A stretch of 64,000 bases of DNA from an uncultured Bacteroidia bacterium (GCA_902789395.1 CADANY010000014.1:11364-75363), one strand, 5' to 3'; shown: positions 48,698 to 58,448, counted from the first letter of the stretch. The notes: generated by a model from the sequence alone, not told the origin. Translations and numbers: made by a program.

Positions 48698-48779
48698 TCC
48701 TCTCATTACGTACATTATCGAACCTTTTCATTGTTTAGTGATTAATTAGATTGTATTTTGGACACAAATCAGAATTACC

Positions 48780-49007
48780 ATGGCAAAAGATCCCAATGTC
48801 TTACATGAAGCTGATCTGATACAAGTTTTTGATGAAACAGATGATCTCGTGCAGGTGTTAGGTGTTGTCCCCTCTGAAGAAGATGAGGAGATTCCCGTAC
48901 AGTCCGTGGAACTGGGAGATGATTCATCTGTCTTCATTGACGTTGAAGAGGATAACATAGTCTCAGATTCTTCGGACTTTATAGATTCTTCTGAACAACA
49001 ATGCTGA
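48780..49007 (+). CDS. Small, highly acidic hypothetical protein
   Basis: 75-aa Asp/Glu-rich ORF, co-oriented within the operon. Confidence 0.5.
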   Translation: MAKDPNVLHEADLIQVFDETDDLVQVLGVVPSEEDEEIPVQSVELGDDSSVFIDVEEDNIVSDSSDFIDSSEQQC

Positions 49008-49037
49008 TGTTTCTTCTGATGTAGATGTTATTGAAGG

Positions 49038-49760
49038 ATGAGATCTTTCTTACTCACATTGCTCCTGACCTTTATATGCACGCTGGCCCTTTCCCAGAAT
49101 GTATATTTGGTCGCTGTCGGAATAGCTGATTATCCGGGAACTGATAGTGATTTGGTTCTACCTGTTGCAGACGCATCGGCTATTGTCGATTTGTACAAAT
49201 CCAACAAATCAGCTCAGACATGTTTGCTTAGTAATAGCAATGCTACCAGGAGAAGTATTATTGAAACAACCAAAGCCCTTTTCTGTCAAGCCCGTTCCAA
49301 CGATATTGTAGTATTATTTTTCTCTGGGCATGGATATCCCGGTGGCTTTATGGCATATGATCAGAAGCTAGACTATGCTGATGTCAAGAGTATCTTTTCC
49401 GCTTGCAAATCCAAACACAAGATGGTATTTGCTGACGCATGTTTCTCTGGTTCCTTTAGAGACGTAAAGAGTGAGAAACAGAAGTTGAATGCAGCGTTTG
49501 ATGGCAACGTGATGCTCTTTTTGTCATCTCGGCATAATGAAACATCTATTGAAACGCCCAGTATGAAGAATGGTTTCTTCACAACATGTCTGCTCAGGTG
49601 TCTCAAAGGCGGGTCAGATTATAACAAAGACCGCGTCATTACAACAAAAGAATTGTACACTGGTGTTAGTAAAGGGGTAATACAACTATCCGATGGAAGG
49701 CAGCACCCTGTTATGTGGGGTAGTTTTAATGATGATATGGCTGTTTTAAAATGGCAATGA
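49038..49760 (+). CDS. Caspase family (peptidase C14, metacaspase-like) protein with signal peptide
   Basis: Motifs VGIADYP, FFSGHG (catalytic His), ADACFSG (catalytic Cys), SSRHNETS and QHP; hydrophobic N-terminus. Confidence 0.9.
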   Translation: MRSFLLTLLLTFICTLALSQNVYLVAVGIADYPGTDSDLVLPVADASAIVDLYKSNKSAQTCLLSNSNATRRSIIETTKALFCQARSNDIVVLFFSGHGYPGGFMAYDQKLDYADVKSIFSACKSKHKMVFADACFSGSFRDVKSEKQKLNAAFDGNVMLFLSSRHNETSIETPSMKNGFFTTCLLRCLKGGSDYNKDRVITTKELYTGVSKGVIQLSDGRQHPVMWGSFNDDMAVLKWQ

Positions 49761-50314
49761 GTGAACGTATGAATACAATTAAAATCAAGTGCCCAAATTG
49801 TGGCGCTATTCTATTAGTCCAGGATAACCCCTCAAATCAGGGGAAAAGCGTCCGTTGTCCGGCTTGCAAAGATAGGCACAAGTTCATCGAATTCAAGTTG
49901 ATTAAACCTGTTTTTGAAGAGGATAAGACTTGTATTGGACAAAGTCTCCCCAATGAAGACAGGACTCGGCTTCCGAACATGCCCGTATCCACCATAGGAT
50001 ACCTTGTGAATGAGACCGATAATCAAAAGTATTCTTTGGTCGAAGGTGTTAATCTAATAGGCCGGAAAACATATCAACAGGCTCCGCTCGCCAGTGTTCC
50101 TATTTTTACTGATGACAGAGGCTTCAGCCGTAAACATATGTTTATCGAGGTGACAAAAGGCGCGGATGGAATTATTCGTCACTTTGCGTATAATGCATAT
50201 AATAAAAACGAGACAAAAGTAAATGGGTCACTTTTAGTTGAGGGCGATAAGGTCATTTTACATAGTGGTGACCGAATTGAATCGTCACGAACGACTTTAT
50301 TATTCAAAATTTAG
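49757..50314 (+). CDS. Zn-ribbon plus FHA domain protein
   Basis: N-terminal CPNC...CPAC; FHA motifs LIGRK, FSRKH and NETKVNG. Confidence 0.85.
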   Translation: MSERMNTIKIKCPNCGAILLVQDNPSNQGKSVRCPACKDRHKFIEFKLIKPVFEEDKTCIGQSLPNEDRTRLPNMPVSTIGYLVNETDNQKYSLVEGVNLIGRKTYQQAPLASVPIFTDDRGFSRKHMFIEVTKGADGIIRHFAYNAYNKNETKVNGSLLVEGDKVILHSGDRIESSRTTLLFKI

Positions 50315-50327
50315 CTTTGTATTCGTT

Positions 50328-51257
50328 ATGAAGATTGAGGCCAAATACTTGTCTATACACGAATTAGGTCAACGGAGTAACCAGGAAGATAGTATCTTTC
50401 CTGCCATTGGTAATATAATCCCACATAATGATTTGTTCATCTTATGTGATGGGATGGGTGGTCATGCCCTAGGTGAAGTCGCCTCTCAAACTGTATGTGA
50501 TGCTCTCAGCGAATATATCCATTCTCATCCTAACGCTGATTTTGAGTCTGCGTTAAGTTATGCATATGATGCTCTAGATGCCAAAGATTTGGATGCCGAG
50601 AAAAAGATGGGGACTACATTGACGCTGGTTAAATTCGAGGCAGAGGGTTGCATCGTTGCACATATCGGCGACAGCCGTGTTTATCAGATTCGACCTTCAG
50701 AGAAGAAGGTTGTATTTGTGACTAAAGACCACTCTTTAGTCAACGATCTTGTAGATTGTGGGGAACTCACTCCGGAAGAAGCAAAACATAGTTCCCAAAG
50801 GAACGTGATAACCCGTGCCATGCAACCGCATCAGGATAGGCGCACTAAGGCAGACGTGTCCATCCTGACTGACATCAAGAAGGGTGACTATTTCTATATG
50901 TGCTCTGATGGGATGCTGGAGATCAGTGAGGACCAAGATATTATCAACGTCCTCTCCATGAATAAGACAGACGAGGAAAAGATTGCGATTTTGAGAAGGG
51001 TCACAGAAAACAATAATGACAATCATTCAGCTCACCTAATTCATATTACCGATGTGAATGATTCACCTTTTGATTCCTCAATGCCGAAGCTCAATAAAAA
51101 GTCATTTTGGCATCTGATTCTTCCTGTAATCATAACTATTGTTTTATTCGCTTTAGCTATCCTGCTTCTCCCTCGACATAAGAAATCACTTGACGAGCCG
51201 CTTAACATAGGGACGTTGACCGACACAACGCAAAATGAACTGGATATTGTACCATAA
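50328..51257 (+). CDS. PP2C/PPM-family Ser/Thr phosphatase with C-terminal TM
   Basis: Motifs RSNQED, CDGMGG, MGTT, HIGDSRVY, TKDHS, NVITRAM, MCSDG and DNHS. Start placed at the ATG at 50328. Confidence 0.95.
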   Translation: MKIEAKYLSIHELGQRSNQEDSIFPAIGNIIPHNDLFILCDGMGGHALGEVASQTVCDALSEYIHSHPNADFESALSYAYDALDAKDLDAEKKMGTTLTLVKFEAEGCIVAHIGDSRVYQIRPSEKKVVFVTKDHSLVNDLVDCGELTPEEAKHSSQRNVITRAMQPHQDRRTKADVSILTDIKKGDYFYMCSDGMLEISEDQDIINVLSMNKTDEEKIAILRRVTENNNDNHSAHLIHITDVNDSPFDSSMPKLNKKSFWHLILPVIITIVLFALAILLLPRHKKSLDEPLNIGTLTDTTQNELDIVP

Positions 51258-51354
51258 CAATAATATCAAAAATGTATAGTCCTGATTGTCGTATTATTTG
51301 ATCTGCAAAAGGATAATATAACCGAGTTATTCATTTTTTTCTGAAAACATAACA

Positions 51355-52263
51355 TTGATAATTATGAAAATCGTTGACGAATCCACTATTATCTCCCATC
51401 ATGGAGAAACCCCCGAAAAGAAAGTAAAAGCAGAACAACCGAATAACAATTATTTTTGGCGCGGCGTAGTTATTGGTGGCGTACCTGGTTTGCTGTTGGG
51501 TTCTGCCGATACAGTGTTCTCTTCCATTCATTCCTCTGTTGTTAGTACCGAAGAGGCTGCTGAGATTGAGGAGATTGACGAAGTCGCCGTACTTAAAGAA
51601 GAAGTTATTGCTCTTAAGGAAGAGATCTCTGAACTTAAGGAAGACCTTAACGCGATTCAAAACGGTAATCACGTTCCCAGCATTGGTGAAACTGTTGATG
51701 TCGCGCATGACGTTAATGACGACATGCCTTTCTCTGAGGCTTTTGCTGCTGCACGTCATGAGGTCGGTCCTGGAGGTGTGTTTATCTGGCATGGTAACGT
51801 GTACGGGACTTATTATGCCAATGAGTGGAATAACATGACCGACGAACAAAAAGCGCAATACTCGCAAGCCGTCCACAACACCAATTATAATGAAGACTAT
51901 TCGCAGACTAGCCATAATAGTTCAGGTAGTAGTGATTATCAAGAAGTTTCTCATGAAGATAGCGGTATCAAGGTCCTAGATACAGAAACCGTTGAAACCG
52001 AGGATGGCGTAATCAATGTCGCAAAGGTTGAGATAGATGGCCATTATGGAGAGATCTACGATTTGAATAACGATGGGACTCCGGATGCAGCCCTTATCGA
52101 TTCTAATGACGATGGCTTACCTGATATTGCAATGATGGATGATAATGGTGATGGCGCTATTGATGAGAACGAGGTTTATTATGATCCGAATCTCCAATTA
52201 GATGCGCTTTATGAAGATATGCCGGATTATTCCAACGATGCGGATGCGTCCAGTTTTGTTTGA
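51355..52263 (+). CDS. Membrane-anchored acidic protein with coiled coil and DxDxDG (Ca-binding-like) repeats
   Basis: Glycine-rich TM segment; coiled coil; FSEAFAAARHEVGPGGVFIWHG; DLNNDGTPD, DSNDDGLPD and DDNGDGAID. Confidence 0.7.
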   Translation: MIIMKIVDESTIISHHGETPEKKVKAEQPNNNYFWRGVVIGGVPGLLLGSADTVFSSIHSSVVSTEEAAEIEEIDEVAVLKEEVIALKEEISELKEDLNAIQNGNHVPSIGETVDVAHDVNDDMPFSEAFAAARHEVGPGGVFIWHGNVYGTYYANEWNNMTDEQKAQYSQAVHNTNYNEDYSQTSHNSSGSSDYQEVSHEDSGIKVLDTETVETEDGVINVAKVEIDGHYGEIYDLNNDGTPDAALIDSNDDGLPDIAMMDDNGDGAIDENEVYYDPNLQLDALYEDMPDYSNDADASSFV

Positions 52264-52940
52264 GAATAAGTTTGATTACTATATCCTGTGTTGAATAATT
52301 GATTATTGGAATTGAACTGTATTATTAACGATATAATGAGGCGCCTTTTGTAAATACTCAAATTAAGAGTTCGTTATGTCGGGTGCATGATACTACATCC
52401 CTTATTGGGATAGAATGGGTGAAAGAAGATGATTCAGAAGCAGGTATTTATTACTATTGGATTGATAACTCTAGGTGGAACTGCATAGATAATAATCATA
52501 ATAGCCCCTATTTCGATAACAAGCTGTTTAATTTTTATTGTATGAATTTACGGCAGGAGTAATTATTTCTGGAGCGTCAGAAGTAGGGCCAAGAAACGCC
52601 CATAGACCTAGTATTTACTTGTCAATTAGGGCAATCTAGATTAATGACGTTATTTATGTATTTCTACAATTTGAAAGATTAAACTGAAAGAATGGTTAAA
52701 CGGTGACATTAATAAGCGGCAAATTCTGCAACACTCGAATGAATCAACTCTCGTACTTCTTTCACTTCGTAATAGTGAAGCTCTCCCCCTCCCATGGCGT
52801 TCTCAAAATGATTCTATTGGAAAGGAGATTACTCTATCAACTGTAATACTTCTACAAACTAATGATGAAGATATGGGAAAAGAATTATTTGAGATTTCTT
52901 GTTTATATCGCACGTAACAGATTTTAGAAAAAATTATAAT

Positions 52941-55544
52941 ATGCAGTTAAAACCTGGAACAATACTTCAAAAAGGCAATTATCGTATTATTAAGACTATA
53001 GGCCAAGGTGGGTTTGGTATTACCTATCTTGCAGAACAGGTTGCGCTTGGTCGGAAAGTGGCAATCAAAGAGTTTTTCATGAATGCTTACTGTGATAGAG
53101 AAGATGGTAGTACGCATGTTTCTGTTCCAACTGAAAATAACCGTGAATTAGTTGAGAGTTACAAGCAGAAGTTTGTCAAAGAAGCTCAATTGATAGCATC
53201 ATTACGCAATCCCCATATCGTAAGTATTCACGACATTTTTCTCGAAAATGGAACTGCGTACTATGTTATGGAATACCTTAACAATGGCTCTCTTATGGAT
53301 ATTGTTAAGAAACGAGGACCAATCCCTGAAATAGATGCCGTAAAATACATAACCCAGGTCGGTGATGCTTTGTCTTATATCCATGACCGTAATATACTTC
53401 ATTTAGATGTTAAGCCATCAAACATTCTGATTAATGAAAATGGAGGTGTCGTTTTAATTGATTTTGGCATTTCGAAGCATTATGATGATGCAGGTGGCCA
53501 AACAAGTACTACTCCTGTCGGCATAAGCAAAGGTTTTGCGCCTATGGAGCAATACCAACAAGTAAGTGTTGCCCTTTTTTCTCCTGCTACAGATGTCTAT
53601 TCATTGGGTGCCACATTATTCTATCTACTAACTGGCCTTATCCCTCCTGAAGCGGCGATAGTTTATGAAGAAGGACTTCCGGAGATTGGGGGAAAAGTTC
53701 AAGCGAATACTATTGCAGCGATTAAAGCAGCAATGGAACCAAACCGAAAGAAAAGGATTCAGAGTGCCAAAGAATTCATAGTTTTGCTGAACTCATCTAC
53801 AAAAAAGGAAGATAGAGGCGAACCTCAAACACCAGCAGGACAACCGTTTATTAACGACCTTGAGGGACTCAATAAAGATGAATCAACCTTTGTTTATAAT
53901 TCAACCGTCAAACCATCTTCTTCATCGCATAACAAATCACCGAAAGATTATGAAGAAGATAGAAAGGAGAAAAACGGTAAAGTTAGATTATGGCCACTTG
54001 TAGCAATTATTGTTGCTGCACTGGCCGGTGTTTTCATCTTTGGAAATCCAAAAGGAGAACATGATAGTACCGACAATAATACTTTAACGGCATCCTCGAA
54101 TGATCAAACTAATGGTTTTTCCCCTGTCGAAAATGCGGCAGAGATTGACCAGCAATTAATTATTGATAAATCACTTCCAATTAAAAAAGTTCATTATCGC
54201 GGAGAAGGTTATGTTAATGGTCGGAGTTTTGATATAAAGAGAATAGAATTGGATTATGGTGAGAAGAAAGGAGAAATATATTATAGTGATCAAAAACTAC
54301 CAGTCTCCTTGTCAATACTTCCCACTAATGATGATTCTTTATTAGCTAGAATTCTTATTATTGAGCGAAATCCTTTAGCGAAAAATATGTTGTCTCGTTT
54401 GGGTGGAGATACATCTGCTATATATAAGGGTGTAATTGGAAAAGATTATATAATAAAAGGGACGGGAGAGAGTTGGAAGCATAAAAGTTTCTCGTTTACC
54501 TTTATCCCTGATTGGTTATTAGGGAATGAAGGCACCACTGAAGCAAAGAGTGAACAGGGATCATCTATAGTATTGAAAGAGACTGTACACAAAGAAAAAC
54601 CGATATTGAATATTGTGAATAGGTCGATCAAAGTAGGTGATTCTTTTAAGATAATAGTTAAGAATTGGACAGAGAGTGTTAAGTGGCAATCTTCCTCTCC
54701 AACTCATGTCTCAGTCTCTGCTACAGGTTTGGTTACTGGCGTTTCTGAGGGCGTTTCTATAATAAGGGCTAAATGCGGGAATACTACACTCGAATGCAAA
54801 GTGACGGTTCTTTCTACTCCGAAAATAGATAAAACAACTATAAGTATTGTCGAAAATGAATCGTCACGCATTACTGTCCTAAATTATAATGGTAAAACCA
54901 AATGGAGAAGTTATTCTCCAGCGATAGCGTCAGTTAATGAAGAAGGTTTAGTTGTTGCTAATAGTTCGGGAGAGACGGATATCGAAATACTTTGTGGAAA
55001 ACAGTTATTAAAATGTCATGTGATTGTTCTTAAAAGAGAGGACAGTGTTCCTCTTATTCCTACATCTGTTCAGCTGAATTATCCAGATAATGAAGTAAAA
55101 AACATCAAATGGACTTCAGATAATAAGTATATAGCAATAGTAACGGATTCAGGAATTGTAAGAGCTGTTTCACTGGGAAAAGTTAATATAATAGCTTCTT
55201 CTGGGGAGCAATCTTATGACTATTTGATAGAGGTTATTCAGAAAGATAGAAAATTAGTCCCAGTAATTCTTAAGAAACCAGAAATAATAGCTAAGAATCC
55301 ATCAACATCTACTTCAAGAGTGGTTAGTGGTTGTGTTTTAGATTCAAATGAGAAACCCATTATAGGGGCCGCTATTATAGTCCAAGGAACAACTCACGGT
55401 ACGATGACAGACAATAATGGTCTATATAAGATATCCGTTCGAACAGGAGACGTTCTTGAATTTTCCTCTCGGAAATATCGAAACCTGACGAAGAAGATAG
55501 AAGAAGGAAGAAATACTTATAATGTATACTTAGAAAAAAAGTGA
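52941..55544 (+). CDS. Hanks-type receptor Ser/Thr protein kinase with Ig-like (Big_2) and CarboxypepD_reg-like ectodomain
   Basis: Kinase motifs GQGGFG, VAIKE, HLDVKPSN, IDFG, APME and DVYSLG; TM segment; repeated W.S....ASV...G.V.A Ig-like units; C-terminal VSGCVLDSNEKPIIGA. Start placed at the ATG at 52941. Confidence 0.93.
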   Translation: MQLKPGTILQKGNYRIIKTIGQGGFGITYLAEQVALGRKVAIKEFFMNAYCDREDGSTHVSVPTENNRELVESYKQKFVKEAQLIASLRNPHIVSIHDIFLENGTAYYVMEYLNNGSLMDIVKKRGPIPEIDAVKYITQVGDALSYIHDRNILHLDVKPSNILINENGGVVLIDFGISKHYDDAGGQTSTTPVGISKGFAPMEQYQQVSVALFSPATDVYSLGATLFYLLTGLIPPEAAIVYEEGLPEIGGKVQANTIAAIKAAMEPNRKKRIQSAKEFIVLLNSSTKKEDRGEPQTPAGQPFINDLEGLNKDESTFVYNSTVKPSSSSHNKSPKDYEEDRKEKNGKVRLWPLVAIIVAALAGVFIFGNPKGEHDSTDNNTLTASSNDQTNGFSPVENAAEIDQQLIIDKSLPIKKVHYRGEGYVNGRSFDIKRIELDYGEKKGEIYYSDQKLPVSLSILPTNDDSLLARILIIERNPLAKNMLSRLGGDTSAIYKGVIGKDYIIKGTGESWKHKSFSFTFIPDWLLGNEGTTEAKSEQGSSIVLKETVHKEKPILNIVNRSIKVGDSFKIIVKNWTESVKWQSSSPTHVSVSATGLVTGVSEGVSIIRAKCGNTTLECKVTVLSTPKIDKTTISIVENESSRITVLNYNGKTKWRSYSPAIASVNEEGLVVANSSGETDIEILCGKQLLKCHVIVLKREDSVPLIPTSVQLNYPDNEVKNIKWTSDNKYIAIVTDSGIVRAVSLGKVNIIASSGEQSYDYLIEVIQKDRKLVPVILKKPEIIAKNPSTSTSRVVSGCVLDSNEKPIIGAAIIVQGTTHGTMTDNNGLYKISVRTGDVLEFSSRKYRNLTKKIEEGRNTYNVYLEKK

Positions 55545-55547
55545 GAT

Positions 55548-56868
55548 CATTGCTGTCCACTAAAAGTTGTGGACGTAGTTAAAAGTTAAAAATCAAACAA
55601 CGTGGGTTCATAGACCCCGTCAAGTTCTTTGTCAATATTGAGGTTAGATTTGTTGAATAGGTCTTCAAGAGGAGTCGTATCCGTGAGCGAGATTCCAGTA
55701 CTTGGAGCGTGTTGTAGACCGACATCTGAAGTTTCAACTTGTGGTGAACAACGGCAACCAGGCAGTATGAGATGATTGCAGTGTAGATCTGGATGCGGAC
55801 TGCATTTTCAGAGTCTCCCCAGAAGTTCTTGATCTTCAGATGCTGCTTCACCCATTTGAAGAACAGCTCCACGGACCAATGGTTCTTGTAAAAGGAGCGC
55901 TACTTCTAAAGCGGTGATATCCACTGCGTTAGTCAAGAAAACGAAGTATCTGTCCTGTTCCTCATCGTAGTACTCAACACGGCGGAGTTGCGCCGGATAA
56001 TCGTTGTGACTCTTGTACGTAGTGAGCTCGATGATGGAGTCCGACAACACATTTTGGGGCATCCTTCTCTTCCATTTGACTGCCTTGTACTGGAGGTTCT
56101 TCTTGGCTCTCACCACGAAGAAAGCACCCGCACAATGGAACCTGAAGAGCTGTGCGAAGAAGTTGTACGCACGGTCAAAGATGTAGTAAGATCCGGTCTC
56201 GACCGGTATCTCCTTCATTGCCTGAGAGTCATGAACGGACGCTGTCGTGATATGGAAAAACGCCGGCACCCGGGTTTCAACATCGTAGAGAGTATGGATT
56301 TTTATCCCGCCTTTCTTCTTGCGGAACTACGCCCCGCAGAAGACTGCAAGGCAGAGTTCGACGGTTGTGGAATCGAAGGCATAGACCGTTCCACCAAGGT
56401 TGAATATCGTCGTATCGTTCAGATTACGAGCAAGTTCCATCATTTAGAAAGCATACTCTTCGAAGATGCGGCAGTCCCGATTCTGGTTCGCTTTTGCCAA
56501 GTTGCTGCGTGTAACGGAGTCCCCGAAACCGAGGAACTTAGCCTTGCCGCTATGAGCTCCACCGCCACGATCAAATCGCGTAAACTTTCACGCCGGGAGA
56601 GTTGACCGAACATAAGGACTTTGAGCTGATTCCAGCATGAGAAGTGCTTTATGTAGCTGTCAACCTGATACTTACGGACGAGATAGTTGAACTTGTTTCT
56701 ATCCAGGTACGATGTTAATCGAGCAAAAACGAATGAACCTTCATGAATAACTGTCTGATTTACAGACAAAGTTACAATTGAAAACCGTTTACTCCTCAAA
56801 CACCTCCTAACTATCTAACTATCAATATTTTCAAAGACCTATATATAAATTTTTAGTGGACACTAATG
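55548..56868 (-). mobile_element. IS4-family insertion sequence, degenerate
   Basis: Terminal inverted repeats CATTGCTGTCCACTAAAA (55548-55565) and the reverse complement of TTTTAGTGGACACTAATG (56851-56868) match at 16/18. No flanking direct repeat seen. Confidence 0.88.
55579..56750 (-). pseudogene. IS4 (DUF4372 + DDE) transposase, frameshifted
   Basis: Three frames carry pieces: FSCWNQL...GQLSRRESLRD; HITTASVHD...FDRAY...FVVRAK; ELFFKWVKQHLKIK. The start codon appears mutated to ATT. Confidence 0.88.
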
Positions 56869-56878
56869 AATTAATGAA

Positions 56879-57334
56879 ATGAAAAAATGTGTTACTCTTC
56901 TTCCAATCATGGTATTGGTTTTTTTTTGTGCTCAACTTAAAGCTCAAGGGCTTGTCTACACTCCTTTTATTCCACAGACTTCATCTCCGTCTTATGGGAA
57001 CTACACAGTCCCAAGGTCAACACGTCCCACAGCCCGTCCGAGTTCCCAAGTGCAGACTGTTCAAGTGACCGCGTATTATGCTGATATCCTCGGTGATTAT
57101 TACAAGGTCCCCATTAGAATAGAGTATACGGTTTATTCTAATGGAGCATCTACAATTTATGTTACTGAACAGTGGAAAAGCAATAGCTATTCTGGGGGGT
57201 GGGTCAGAATTTCCCCTTTGGCTTCCATTCAAGAATGCCACCCATTGTTCGGATCTGGAAACAACGCAGAACTGGAAAAGAGTTTTATGTATAAAGCGCA
57301 GGTGGGATCACGATGGTATTACTTTGATTTATAG
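56879..57334 (+). CDS. Exported hypothetical protein
   Basis: Signal peptide (MKK...QLKA), Pro/Ser/Thr linker, aromatic-rich C-terminal domain. Confidence 0.7.
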   Translation: MKKCVTLLPIMVLVFFCAQLKAQGLVYTPFIPQTSSPSYGNYTVPRSTRPTARPSSQVQTVQVTAYYADILGDYYKVPIRIEYTVYSNGASTIYVTEQWKSNSYSGGWVRISPLASIQECHPLFGSGNNAELEKSFMYKAQVGSRWYYFDL

Positions 57335-57391
57335 GAAGTTTACGTTTCAATTATCACGATTTAAGGAGACTAATGACAGAGCGAAAGAACG

Positions 57392-57847
57392 ATGTACATT
57401 TTAAGGTCATTCGGCTTTCCGGTAATGGATGTGGACGATTTTGTTGCGAAGGCGGATTCTGCTTTCGCGGCGGAATGGAGCCCCGGGAACTATCTGCGGA
57501 AAGCCCAGGCTCTCGATATCTGCGGAGCTCATCAAGCAGCATTGAATTGTACGGATACGATTCTCGCCGTATGCAAAGACAATATCGAATTAATCTGCAT
57601 GGCCCGTCGGCTTCGTGCAATGATTTACTTGTCGACGGACGATACGGAAAAGGAGCGGGAAGAATAACGGAAGATCATCGGAGTGGCCAATGGCGAGATC
57701 GTCAGGGAGACCATGGAGGCGATGGCGAGAAGTTATTTCCACGAGGGCCTTTACAAAGAAGCACTGGTGGCTCTTCCGGACTCTCTATCCGAAGAAGGGA
57801 AAAAGTATTATCAGTTGATTATGAAATCGTTAGAGTGCAATAACTAA
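57392..57847 (+). pseudogene. TPR-like helical protein interrupted by an in-frame TAA
   Basis: Frame reads through TAA at 57665-57667 into RKIIGVANGEIVRETMEAMARSYFHEGLYKEAL... and ends at TAA 57845-57847. Confidence 0.55.
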
Positions 57848-57854
57848 AGGTTAT

Positions 57855-58448
57855 ATGGTAGGATATTTTATTATTCTGGGAGCGATTATCGCGGTACTAT
57901 TTATCTTTCTGACAATTGAGGATGCGAAGTGTGATAAGTTGCTGGATGAAAATGGTCATTTGAAGGGACTGATTGCAGGGATGGAGAAGCAACAGCAGGA
58001 TAAGCCTGAACCGCTGACGGTCGAAAAAATCGCAGATGCGGTCCGCTTTGCCGGATATGTCCCACAAGTGAAGGAGAGTGCAGTTTTTTTTATGGATGGC
58101 GGAGATCGTTATTGTATTGATGCAGATCAACTTCCTCAAATTTCTTTGGACCTCTGTTATAAAGTAGATCCGAATGAATGGGATGTGGATCTGTTAAAGG
58201 AAGCTGCGCATCAGATGTCTGACAAGTTGTTCATCATCAAGGCGCTTTTCAGCGAAGATGAAACGGGCTCGATCATACTCAGGTTTCTGGTGACGGCGTT
58301 CGGACGCGATGATGAGAGTTTCAAGCAAGATTTGGTCAATTATCTTCGTATCATTGATGAAGGGACTCGTATGTTGCATGAAATATACGAGAAGCTGGTG
58401 AAGGCGAAGAGAGATGAGGCGATGAGGGAAACAAAAGTTCTGTCATAG
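57855..58448 (+). CDS. Hypothetical membrane-anchored protein (possible YbjN-like domain)
   Basis: N-terminal TM, coiled coil and an alpha/beta domain. Family assignment is tentative. Confidence 0.6.
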   Translation: MVGYFIILGAIIAVLFIFLTIEDAKCDKLLDENGHLKGLIAGMEKQQQDKPEPLTVEKIADAVRFAGYVPQVKESAVFFMDGGDRYCIDADQLPQISLDLCYKVDPNEWDVDLLKEAAHQMSDKLFIIKALFSEDETGSIILRFLVTAFGRDDESFKQDLVNYLRIIDEGTRMLHEIYEKLVKAKRDEAMRETKVLS

